Positions 26,451 through 34,568 of a stretch of 64,000 nucleotides of DNA are shown piece by piece. The notes beneath the pieces were generated by a model, which saw nothing but the letters and a program-made list of their open reading frames with translations, had not been told where the DNA came from and did not search any database. The position numbers and the translations under genes are program-made. This DNA is from Alphaproteobacteria bacterium (GTDB taxonomy: Bacteria; Pseudomonadota; Alphaproteobacteria; UBA2966; CAIVPW01). The number at the start of each line of letters is the position of its first letter. Position 1 is the stretch's first letter. The stretch lies in assembly GCA_016869235.1 (NCBI GenBank), contig VGER01000002.1, forward strand, positions 7,801-71,800, read 5' to 3'.

Positions 26451-27522
26451 CTATGGTGCCGGCGGCGCCTTGAACTCCGGTAGCACGGGCCTGCCCGACG
26501 TCTGCTTGGCGGCGATTTCCGCCGCAGTTTGCTCCAGTGCCAGAAACCGGACCGCCGTGGACGGGTGCGTCGAGCCCGCCAGGTGGATGCCGCCGGGGTT
26601 GCGCACGGCGAACCGCCGCCACAGGTCGGCACTGCCCCGTACCTCGAATCCAGCGCGTGCCGCGTAGTAGGCGCCTACGTAGTCGGCTTCCGATTCGAAC
26701 TCTTGGCTGAACGCACCTCTGCCGATTTGTGCGCCCAGGTCCGCCGTATTGATGCCAGCCAGTGCGCCGATCAATCCTCCGATCAAGGCGCCGGCGGCCG
26801 CGTTCACGCGCGACTTTTCGATGTGGCGTTGGGTGTTGTGAGCGAGCTCGTGGCCAATGACCATGGCCAAGTCCTCGTCGTGGCTCGCGAAGCGCAACAT
26901 GCCTTGCGTGACGATGACGTTCTCGCCGTCGGCGTATGCGTTGAGCTCGTCGGACGGATCGACCGCGAACCCATAGTTTCAAATCCTCTCCGCCGTCACG
27001 GTGAAGTTCAGCGGCGCCCCGCCCCGCTCCACGGCAATCGTGGCCACAGGATTGGCGGCAGGCAGGGTGCGTATCGAGCGATTGTACCGATTGTTTGCGG
27101 CCGTCCCGGTCGCGATCGCCGCGCCGTTCACGCTGACTATCCGGTCGCCAATCGCCAGGCCCGCGCGTTGCGCCGGACTATCCGGCGCCACGTAGTGAAC
27201 GACCACGCCGTCGCCCGCCCCCATCACCTTGCGGGCCGCCTCCTGCAGGTCGCGAGGGAAGATCGCGATTGTGGTGGTCATGGCGCCGATGTAGGCGGCT
27301 GCCGCGTTCGCGCAGAGGTCGGCATTCGCCCTGGCGATTTGCACGAAAACACCGTGGCCGCGCCGTAGCGCTGCCACGTAGTCCTCCAAGAACAGCTCGT
27401 GCTGGCGCTGCGCCTCGGCACGGGCGCGCTCCGCATCGACGCCCCGGCATCATCGCCGTCGGCCCGGCGCACCCCGCGGCACACGCAGCGCAGAGCGCGG
27501 CCGCAAGTACTCCCCCGCGCAT
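26451..27522 (-). pseudogene. Second M48/PDZ lipoprotein paralogue, disrupted by a +1 frameshift (C4 run 27442-27445) and an in-frame TGA (26979-26981)
   Basis: Three collinear pieces. MRGGVLAAALCAACAAGCAGPTAMMPG (frame of ORF 27178..27522). VDAERARAEAQRQHELFLEDYV...TVTAERI-TGA (26979..27389). NYGFAVDPSDEL...HELAHNTQRH...ESEADYVG (to 26451). Aligns along its length with the neighbour gene. Length is 1072 nt (3n+1). Confidence 0.8.
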
Positions 27523-27661
27523 ACCGCATCCCCCTATGGCGGCGTAATCGGAGATGCTAGTCCAGCGCTCCGGGGTACGCTAACGATCGCGCAAGACCAT
27601 TGACTTCCCGCGGAATCGGACGCACTTCGGCCACTAGAATCCTCCACCCAGCTCCTGCCCC

Positions 27662-29641
27662 ATGCTCGGTACCCTTCGCACCTATTCGCGGTCTTGGATC
27701 TTCCGGGGCCTGCTCATCGTCCTCGCCGGCACCTTCGCCCTCTATTTCGGCACGGGTGGCACGATTTTCTCGAGCCTCGCCAATCAGCCGGTGGCGACCG
27801 TCGGCGACATCGAGATCACCCAGAGCGAGTTCGCCGAGGCGTATCGGCAGCGTTATCTCGACCTCGGTGGGCGGCTGACCCCGGACCAGGCACGCCAGTT
27901 CGGCCTGCCTTTCTCGGTGCTCTCCGACCTCGTCGGCGGCGCGCTGGTCGACAATGCTGCGCGAGACTTGGGCATCGCGGTCTCGGATGCGCTGCTGGCG
28001 GCCGACATCCGCGCCCAGGTCGGGGCTCTGAATCCGGCGATGTACCAGAGCCTGCTGCGCCAGCAGGGACTCACCGTTCCCATGTTCGAGGACATGGTGC
28101 GCCGGGATCTCACGCGCTCGCAGCTGAGCGCCGCGGTCGCGCCCCGCCCGCAGGTGCCGCGCCTGCTGTCCGAGTCGCTCTACCGCCACCGGCAGCAGAA
28201 GCGCGTGGTGGACTATGTTCTCATCCCCGCCGCGGACGCGACCGACCTGCCGCCGCCCGACGACGCGGCTCTGACCGAGTTCTACACCGCCAACGTCCGC
28301 CGCTACACGGCGCCGGAGTTCCGCGACTTCGTCTTCATCGCGCTGCAGCCGAAGGACGTGGTCGACTCGGTGCGGGTCACCGATGCCGCGCTGGCGGCCG
28401 AGTACCAAGGCCGTATCCAGGAGTTCACTTCTCCCGACACGCGTGGCCTGTCGCAGCTGTTCTTCGCCACCGAGGCGGAGGCCACGTCGGCGCGCAAGCG
28501 CATAGAGGAAGGCGTGGCGTTCGCCGAGGCGGGCCGTGCCCCGGCGGCGACTCCCGCACCCGCACCGGCCACTCCGGCTGCCGCGCCCGGCGCCGCCCCT
28601 GCCCCGGCGGCCCAGGCTGCCGCGCCGATCATCGACGCAACGAGCATCGGCATTCGCCGCCGCGAGGACCTCGCCCCGGAAATCGCCGAAGCCGTCTTCG
28701 CGTTGCCGGAAGGCGCGATCAGCCAGCCTCTGCGCAGCGCATTCGGCTGGCACATCTACCGTGTCGACTCGGTACAGCGCGGCGGCACGCGCCCTCTCGC
28801 CGAGGTGCAGGAGCAGCTGCGAGTCGAGCTCGCCCAGGAGCAGGCCCTGACCGAGCTCTACCACCTGTCCGTGTCACTGGATGACGCGCTCGCCGCCGGC
28901 TCCACCCTGGAGCAGGCAGCGCAGAAGCTCGGACTCAAGGCGGATCGCGTCGTCGTCGACGCCCAGGGCCGGGACCGCGCGGGCCTGCCCGAGCCGGCGC
29001 TGCCGCCGTTTGCGCAGTTGCTGACTACCGCATTCCGCACCGAGCGCGGCCGTGAGTCGCGGGTCGTCGACGTGCCCGAAGGCGGCTACTTCGTGCTGCG
29101 GGTGGACAATGTCACTGCGCCGGCGCCCATTCCGCTCGCCGAGATCAACGACCGCGTCAGGGCCGACTGGATCGCCGCCGAGCGCAACAAGCGCACCGAA
29201 GCGCTGGCGCAGGACTTCCTCGACAAGGCGAAGAACAACGGCGACTTCGTTGCCTATGCAGCCGAGGCAGGCCACACGGTGCAGACCACCCCGCCGTTCA
29301 CGCGCACCGGCCTCGGGCTGGACGTGATCGGTTCGCTGTCACCTCAGCTCATCACCCAGATGTTCCAGGGCAGCGTCGGCACCATAGCCATGGCGCCGGT
29401 GATCGCCGGTGGCTATGCCGTCGGCCGTCTCAAGGAGATCTTTGCCGTCGACCCCACCGAGGCACAGGAAGCGGTCAACACCATTCGCGACGAGATCGCG
29501 CGCGCGATGTCTAACGACATCCTGAGCGCCTATCAGACCGCGCTGCGCGCTCGCTACGGCATCGCCGTCAACCAGCGCGCCCTCGACCAGGCGCTGACGG
29601 TCGCAACCCAAAGCCTGCCGACGGTCCCGACCAACCGCTGA
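27662..29641 (+). CDS. ppiD: PpiD-like periplasmic chaperone / peptidyl-prolyl isomerase (SurA N-terminal domain, degenerate parvulin)
   Basis: N-terminal TM anchor, SurA_N-like region, P/A-rich insert, then FGWHIYRV parvulin remnant. Conserved position before trpE. Confidence 0.75.
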   Translation: MLGTLRTYSRSWIFRGLLIVLAGTFALYFGTGGTIFSSLANQPVATVGDIEITQSEFAEAYRQRYLDLGGRLTPDQARQFGLPFSVLSDLVGGALVDNAARDLGIAVSDALLAADIRAQVGALNPAMYQSLLRQQGLTVPMFEDMVRRDLTRSQLSAAVAPRPQVPRLLSESLYRHRQQKRVVDYVLIPAADATDLPPPDDAALTEFYTANVRRYTAPEFRDFVFIALQPKDVVDSVRVTDAALAAEYQGRIQEFTSPDTRGLSQLFFATEAEATSARKRIEEGVAFAEAGRAPAATPAPAPATPAAAPGAAPAPAAQAAAPIIDATSIGIRRREDLAPEIAEAVFALPEGAISQPLRSAFGWHIYRVDSVQRGGTRPLAEVQEQLRVELAQEQALTELYHLSVSLDDALAAGSTLEQAAQKLGLKADRVVVDAQGRDRAGLPEPALPPFAQLLTTAFRTERGRESRVVDVPEGGYFVLRVDNVTAPAPIPLAEINDRVRADWIAAERNKRTEALAQDFLDKAKNNGDFVAYAAEAGHTVQTTPPFTRTGLGLDVIGSLSPQLITQMFQGSVGTIAMAPVIAGGYAVGRLKEIFAVDPTEAQEAVNTIRDEIARAMSNDILSAYQTALRARYGIAVNQRALDQALTVATQSLPTVPTNR

Positions 29642-29643
29642 CG

Positions 29644-31158
29644 ATGGCGCTGCATCCGGCGACGACGGCGTTCACCAAGCACTACGACCTGGGCAAAGCC
29701 CAGGTCGTGTGGACGGACCTGGTCGCCGACATGGAGACGCCCGTCTCGGCGATGCTCAAGCTGGCCAAGGGGCAGCCCAACTCATTCCTGCTGGAGTCGG
29801 TCGAGCGCGGCGCCAATCGCGGACGCTACTCGATCATCGGCCTGCGCCCGGACGTGATCTGGCGCTGCAGCGGCAATCGCGCCGAGTTGGCGCGCGACGC
29901 CGACGCCGGTCCGGTGCGGTTCGCTGCCGCGGCCGAGGACGCCCTCGCCTCCTTGCGCGCGCTGGTGCGCGAGTCACGCATGGAGCTGCCCAGTGAGCTG
30001 CCGCCCATGGCTTCGGCGCTGATGGGCTATGCCGGCTACGACATGGTGCGCCTGGTCGAGCGCATCCCGAACAAGAACCCCGACGTTCTTGGCGTGCCCG
30101 ACGGCATGTTCGTGCGCCCTACGGTGATGGCGATCTTCGACTCGGTGAAGGACGTCGTCAACATCGTCACGCCGGTGTGGCCGAAGCCAGGGGTGACCGC
30201 GGCGCAGGCACTGTCGCGCGCCACCGAGCGGCTCGAGCGCGCCATGCGCGACCTGGAGACACCGCTGCACCCCGGCACGGCCACCACCGACGTCTCGGCG
30301 CTGCCGGAACCGACCTCGAACCGGACGCGCGCCCAGTATCACGCCATGGTCGCCAAGGCGAAGGAGTACATCGCCGCCGGCGACATCTTTCAGGTGGTGC
30401 CGTCGCAGCGCATGAAAGTGCCGTTCACGCTGCCGCCGTTCGCGCTCTACCGCGCGCTGCGCCGCACCAATCCCTCGCCGTTCATGTTCTTCCTCGACTT
30501 CGACGGTTTCGCGGTTGTGGGCTCCAGCCCCGAGGTGCTGGTGCGCCTGCGTGACGACACGGTGTCGATCCGGCCCATCGCCGGCACGCGCCCGCGCGGC
30601 GCGACCCACGCCGAGGATTCGCGGCTCGCCGAGGAGATGCTCGCCGACCCCAAGGAGCGCGCCGAGCACCTGATGCTGCTCGACCTCGGCCGCAACGATG
30701 TTGGCCGCGTGGCGCGCATCGGCACCGTCAAGGTGACCGACAAGATGATCGTCGAGCGTTACTCGCACGTCATGCACATCGTGTCCAACGTCGAGGGCAA
30801 GATCGACCCCAAGCACGACGCGATGGACGCGCTGCTCGCCGGCTTTCCGGCCGGCACCGTTTCGGGCGCGCCGAAGGTGCGCGCCATGGAGATCATCGAC
30901 GAGCTGGAGAGCGAGCGGCGCGGCATCTATGCCGGCGCCATCGGGTACCTGTCGGCCAATGGCAGCATGGACACCTGCATCGCCTTGCGCACCGCGGTGG
31001 TGAAGGACGGCGTCATGTATGTCCAAGCCGGCGGTGGCGTCGTTGCCGACTCGGACCCCGAGGCCGAGTACCAGGAGAGCCGCAACAAGGCGAAGGCGCT
31101 GCTGCGCGCCGCGGAAGAAGCCGTGCGCTTCGCCACCAGCGACGACAAGAGCTTGTAA
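29644..31158 (+). CDS. trpE: Anthranilate synthase component I
   Basis: 504 aa. LLESV, PSPFMFFL, IAGTRPRG, GGGVVADSDP. Confidence 0.95.
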   Translation: MALHPATTAFTKHYDLGKAQVVWTDLVADMETPVSAMLKLAKGQPNSFLLESVERGANRGRYSIIGLRPDVIWRCSGNRAELARDADAGPVRFAAAAEDALASLRALVRESRMELPSELPPMASALMGYAGYDMVRLVERIPNKNPDVLGVPDGMFVRPTVMAIFDSVKDVVNIVTPVWPKPGVTAAQALSRATERLERAMRDLETPLHPGTATTDVSALPEPTSNRTRAQYHAMVAKAKEYIAAGDIFQVVPSQRMKVPFTLPPFALYRALRRTNPSPFMFFLDFDGFAVVGSSPEVLVRLRDDTVSIRPIAGTRPRGATHAEDSRLAEEMLADPKERAEHLMLLDLGRNDVGRVARIGTVKVTDKMIVERYSHVMHIVSNVEGKIDPKHDAMDALLAGFPAGTVSGAPKVRAMEIIDELESERRGIYAGAIGYLSANGSMDTCIALRTAVVKDGVMYVQAGGGVVADSDPEAEYQESRNKAKALLRAAEEAVRFATSDDKSL

Positions 31159-31167
31159 CTACAGTCC

Positions 31168-31200
31168 TTGCGAGCGAAGGCAAGCAATCCAGGCGTTGTC
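31168..31200 (+). repeat. Short dispersed repeat TTGCGAGCGAAGGCAAGCAATCCAGGCGTTGTC
   Basis: Near-identical to 37981-38013 (TTGCGAGCGAAGCGAAGCTATCCAGGCGTTGTC). The core is shared with 18860-18870. Confidence 0.7.
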
Positions 31201-31495
31201 TTTTCTCGGCGCCGCAGCGAAACACCCCGCAGTCTACATCGTCGCTGGCGCCCGCAACGGCACGCTCTATCCGGGAGTCACCTCCGACTTCGTGAGGCAC
31301 GCGTGCGAGGATCGCCGAGGCGTGGTGCCGGGATTCGCCTCGCGCTACGCCTGCAAGTTGATCGCTTGGCTCGAGGCGCACGCCGATATGCCAGCGGCCC
31401 TCGCCGCAGCGCAGTGGAAACGCCGGCGGGTGTCTCACCGTCTCAGCGCATCCGCCCGGTGGAGTCGAGCGGCTCAGGCTCTCCGACGATCCTGA
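31196..31495 (+). CDS. Degenerate GIY-YIG nuclease-family-like small protein (possibly decayed)
   Basis: Putative TTG start. (M)SFLGAAAKHPAVYIVAGARNGTLYPGVTSDFVRH...GFASRYACKLIAWLE follows the GIY...YIG...R pattern, but the REK(Q)IK catalytic Glu region is missing (AALAAAQWKRRR). Third-position GC is lower than in core genes. Confidence 0.45.
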   Translation: MSFLGAAAKHPAVYIVAGARNGTLYPGVTSDFVRHACEDRRGVVPGFASRYACKLIAWLEAHADMPAALAAAQWKRRRVSHRLSASARWSRAAQALRRS

Positions 31496-31554
31496 CGTGC
31501 ATCGAAAAGCCGGCTGAGCTGAAGCCGGGGCCGGAGCCCAAGGCCGAGGCGAAG

Positions 31555-31827
31555 ATGGAAACCGTCCGCACCGACCGGGACGCCCTCCGCGCCAACCGCA
31601 AGGGCGAGCCCGAAACCAGGGAAGCGAAGCTCGACGTGAAGCCGGTCGAGACCAAGGTGGAGGTCAAACCGGAGGGCAAGACCGAAAACCCTAAGGACGG
31701 CTTGGTCCGTCTCGAGGAGCGCCCGCAGGAAGCGCGGGAGCGGATCAAGACGGAAATCGAGAAGCGCCAGGCCGAAACCGATCGGCGCAATCGCGATGAC
31801 GACCGCCGCAAGCGCGACGGATCGTAA
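31555..31827 (+). CDS. Hypothetical 90-aa highly charged (K/E/R/D-rich) protein
   Basis: METVRTDRDALRANRKGEPETREAKLDVKPVETKVEVKPEGKTENPKDGLVRLEERPQEARERIKTEIEKRQAETDRRNRDDDRRKRDGS. GAGG lies 5 nt upstream of the ATG. Strong third-position GC bias only in this frame. I recognise no family. Confidence 0.5.
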   Translation: METVRTDRDALRANRKGEPETREAKLDVKPVETKVEVKPEGKTENPKDGLVRLEERPQEARERIKTEIEKRQAETDRRNRDDDRRKRDGS

Positions 31828-31836
31828 GGACGTCCG

Positions 31837-32355
31837 CTACGGCGTCGCGCGCGCCAGCAGGTTTGCCGGTGCGGCAGCCGCCAAGGCACTGACCGGAACG
31901 AGAACGAACCCGCGTTCGGCAAGCGATGGCAGCCACGCCTCGAGCACATCGAGCGTGGCTGCCTTAGGATGGGCGATGGCGATGGCGCTGCCGTCGCGGC
32001 GCGCCACCGCCTCGAGCTCGCGCAGCCGCGCGCGGATGGCGTCCGGCGTCTCGTCGTTGTCCAGGAACACGTCGCGCGCCAGGTAGGTGACACCGGCGGC
32101 GCGGCTGACCGAGCGGCCCACTGACTGTCCCGTGGTCAGCGAGTCGAGAAACAGAAGCCCGCGCCGGGACAGCTCGGCCATCAGCGCCTGCATCGCGCGC
32201 CGATCGGCGGTGAAGCGGCTGCCCATGTGGTTGTTGACGCCGACCACCCCGTCGACGCGAGAAAGCGCCCACTCCATCCGGCGCTGCAGTTCGTCGCCGG
32301 CCAGTCCGGTGCGCAGCACGTTGGGCCCCGGATCGACGTCCTCGACCTCGGGCGT
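31837..32355 (-). pseudogene. 5'-truncated divergent polysaccharide deacetylase (YibQ-like) remnant
   Basis: Only the C-terminal half is present: DPGPNVL...GVNNHMGSRFT...FLDSLTT...RDVFLDND...IAIAHP. Homology begins at the codon abutting the cueR stop. First in-frame ATG is at 32277 (MEWALSRV). The expected N-terminal half (IAIVIDDLG...HLPMEP region) is absent. Confidence 0.65.
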
Positions 32356-32753
32356 CAGTGCTGCTGGGGTGCGAAGAGATCCTCCAGGATCGGGCACTCG
32401 GGACGCTCGTCGCCGTGGCACGAGTGCACCAGCTTCTCGAGCGTCGCCCGCATGCCTTGCAGCTCGGCGAGCTTGCGGTCGATGTCGGAGATGCGCGACT
32501 GGGCGATCGTGCGCACGTCGCTGCTCGCGCGTTGGCGGTCCCGGTAGAGGCCGAGCAGCTCGCCGACCTGGCTGACCGAGAACCCCAGCGCGCGAGCGCG
32601 GCTTACGAAGCGCAGTGTCTCGACGTCGGCCTCGTTGTAGTCGCGGTAGCCGTTCGGCGTGCGACTGGCTTCCGCCAACAGGCCCACACTCTCGTAATAT
32701 CGGATCGTCTTCGCGGGCACGCCGGAACGCGCCGCAGCTTGGCCGATGTACAT
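32355..32753 (-). CDS. cueR: CueR-type MerR-family Cu(I)-responsive transcriptional regulator
   Basis: MYIGQAAARSGVPAKTIRYYESVGLL HTH. Ser in RASSDV at the monovalent-metal selectivity position. C-x7-C loop SCHGDERPECPILEDL, which parallels E. coli CPGDDSADCPIIENL. GAGGA SD. Confidence 0.85.
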   Translation of the reverse strand: MYIGQAAARSGVPAKTIRYYESVGLLAEASRTPNGYRDYNEADVETLRFVSRARALGFSVSQVGELLGLYRDRQRASSDVRTIAQSRISDIDRKLAELQGMRATLEKLVHSCHGDERPECPILEDLFAPQQH

Positions 32754-32786
32754 GGTGTCCTCTACGGGTAAACCCTATCATCATGT

Positions 32787-32817
32787 AGGGTAAACTCTCT
32801 CGTTACTAGAGGGTCAA
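32787..32817 (-). promoter_or_regulatory. MerR/CueR-type promoter-operator driving cueR
   Basis: Minus strand reads cTTGACC-CTCT-AGTAACG-AGAGAGT-TTACCCT. -35 TTGACC (32817-32812), exactly 19-bp spacer, -10 TACCCT (32792-32787). 7-7-7 dyad ACCCTCT/AGAGAGT (6/7). Same layout as the E. coli copA promoter as I recall it. Confidence 0.65.
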
Positions 32818-32921
32818 GCTGCCTCGTCTCCCTTGACGCCCGGAGCGCCCCGGAGTTTGTTGCGATTGCCGAAACGACGCCGCAGTTGTTCATTTGGATA
32901 GCGAGCATTTGCTCGTAAGAT

Positions 32922-33527
32922 ATGGAAATGCTTGTTGTTATCGATAACTACGACAGCTTCACCTACAACCTGGTGCATTTCCTAGGGGAGCTGGGCGCCG
33001 AGTCGCACGTGCTCCGCAACGATGCCAAGACGGCAGATCAAGTCCTGGTGCTAAAGCCCTCTGCAATTGTGCTTTCTCCCGGACCCTGCGACCCCGATCG
33101 CGCCGGCATTTGCATCGACTTGGTGCGCAAGGCGGCCGGCAGGGTGCCGGTCCTCGGCGTCTGCCTCGGCCACCAGACCATTGGCCAGGTCTTTGGCGGG
33201 CATGTCATCCGTGCCCCCGTCGCCATGCACGGCAAACTCAGCCGCATTCGCCATCAAGGCGGGGGCGTGTTCGCGGGTCTGAAGAAGAACTTCGAGGCTA
33301 CCCGCTATCACTCGCTCATCGTCGAGCGCAGCACCCTGCCCGCCGAGCTCGAGATCACCGCGGAGACCAACGACGGCCTCATCATGGGTCTCGCCCACAA
33401 GAAGCACGCCATCCACGGTGTGCAATTCCACCCCGAAAGCATCGCCTCCGAGCAGGGCCACAAGCTGCTCGGCAACTTCCTGCGCCTCGCCGGCATGCCG
33501 GTGCGCGAGCTGCCCGAAGCGGCCTGA
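32922..33527 (+). CDS. trpG: Anthranilate synthase component II (glutamine amidotransferase)
   Basis: [34 protein letters not shown]. Confidence 0.95.
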   Translation: MEMLVVIDNYDSFTYNLVHFLGELGAESHVLRNDAKTADQVLVLKPSAIVLSPGPCDPDRAGICIDLVRKAAGRVPVLGVCLGHQTIGQVFGGHVIRAPVAMHGKLSRIRHQGGGVFAGLKKNFEATRYHSLIVERSTLPAELEITAETNDGLIMGLAHKKHAIHGVQFHPESIASEQGHKLLGNFLRLAGMPVRELPEAA

Positions 33528-33531
33528 GGCG

Positions 33532-34566
33532 ATGGCCGAGCCCCGCAGCCTCAAGCCGCTGATCGGCCGCGTTGCCGCCGGCGAGCGTCTGTCGCGCGGC
33601 GAGGCGCGCGAAGCGGTCGACATCATGATGTCGGGCGAGGCGACGCCGGCGCAAATCGGCGCGTTCCTCATGGGCCTGCGCGTGCGCGGCGAGACGGTGG
33701 ACGAGATCGCCGGCGCTGCCGAGGGCATGCGCGCCAAGGCGCTCCCCATCCGCGCGCCGGCCGGAGCCATCGACGTGGTCGGCACGGGCGGGGACGCCCG
33801 CGGCAGCTACAACGTCTCGACCGCCTCGGCCATCGTCGTCGCCGGCTGCGGCGTGCCGGTCGCCAAGCACGGCAACCGCGCCATGTCGTCGAAGTGCGGC
33901 TCGGCCGACGTGCTCGCCGCTCTCGGCGTCGCCATCGAATGCGATCCCAACCTGGTGCAGCGCTCCCTCGACGAGGCGGGGCTGTGCTTCATGTTGGCGC
34001 CCAAGCACCACGCCGCCATGAAGCACGTCGGCCCGACCCGCGTGGAGATGGGCACCCGCACCATCTTCAACCTGCTCGGCCCGCTTTCGAACCCAGCCGG
34101 CGTTAAGCGCTATCTGCTCGGTGTGTTCTCGCCGCAGTGGGTCGTGCCCCTCGCCCGCGTGCTCGGCCAGCTTGGCGCCGAGCGCGCCTGGGTGGTGCAC
34201 GGCTCCGACGGCCTCGACGAGATCACCATCACCGGCTCCACCAAGGTCGCGGAGCTGAAGGACGGCAAGGTGCGCGTCTTCGAGATTGCTCCCAAGGACG
34301 CGGGCCTTGCGGCCGGCAAGCCCGACGACATCAAGGGCGCCGATGCGGCGACCAACGCCAAGGCCATGCGCAGCGTCCTTTCCGGCGAGCCGAGCGCCTT
34401 CCGCGACATCGTGCTGCTCAACGCGGCGGCAGCGCTGGTGGTGGCGGGAAAGGCCCATGACCTCCGTCAGGGCGCCGTCCTCGCCGCCCAGGCGATCGCC
34501 TCGGGCAAGGCCAACGCCGCGCTCGACAGGATGGTGACGGTCACCACCGCCGCGGTCCCGGCCTAG
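33532..34566 (+). CDS. trpD: Anthranilate phosphoribosyltransferase
   Basis: Real start [11 protein letters not shown] at 33532. [20 protein letters not shown]. Confidence 0.95.
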   Translation: MAEPRSLKPLIGRVAAGERLSRGEAREAVDIMMSGEATPAQIGAFLMGLRVRGETVDEIAGAAEGMRAKALPIRAPAGAIDVVGTGGDARGSYNVSTASAIVVAGCGVPVAKHGNRAMSSKCGSADVLAALGVAIECDPNLVQRSLDEAGLCFMLAPKHHAAMKHVGPTRVEMGTRTIFNLLGPLSNPAGVKRYLLGVFSPQWVVPLARVLGQLGAERAWVVHGSDGLDEITITGSTKVAELKDGKVRVFEIAPKDAGLAAGKPDDIKGADAATNAKAMRSVLSGEPSAFRDIVLLNAAAALVVAGKAHDLRQGAVLAAQAIASGKANAALDRMVTVTTAAVPA

Positions 34567-34568
34567 CG

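Noticed and set aside
26979-26981. In-frame TGA aligned with a Cys of the intact paralogue, considered as a possible selenocysteine codon
   Set aside because: The same gene also has a frameshift after the signal peptide. The only hairpin I can fold just downstream of the TGA is a 4-bp stem (GUCG...CGAC), not a SECIS-like structure. No sel genes are in the window. A TGC/TGT to TGA nonsense mutation is simpler.
31168-31827. Tracked 219-aa ORF spanning the GIY-YIG region and the charged ORF
   Set aside because: The first half overlaps the frame that carries recognisable GIY-YIG motifs and translates as Arg/Ser-rich junk. Only the part after ATG 31555 shows a coding signature.
32772-32791. Dyad ACCCTA-N8-TAGGGT as the primary CueR operator
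   Set aside because: It lies downstream of the -35 and overlaps the -10, rather than being centred in a 19-bp spacer. The 7-7-7 dyad at 32794-32814 fits MerR-family geometry. The second dyad is kept only as an unexplained additional symmetry.
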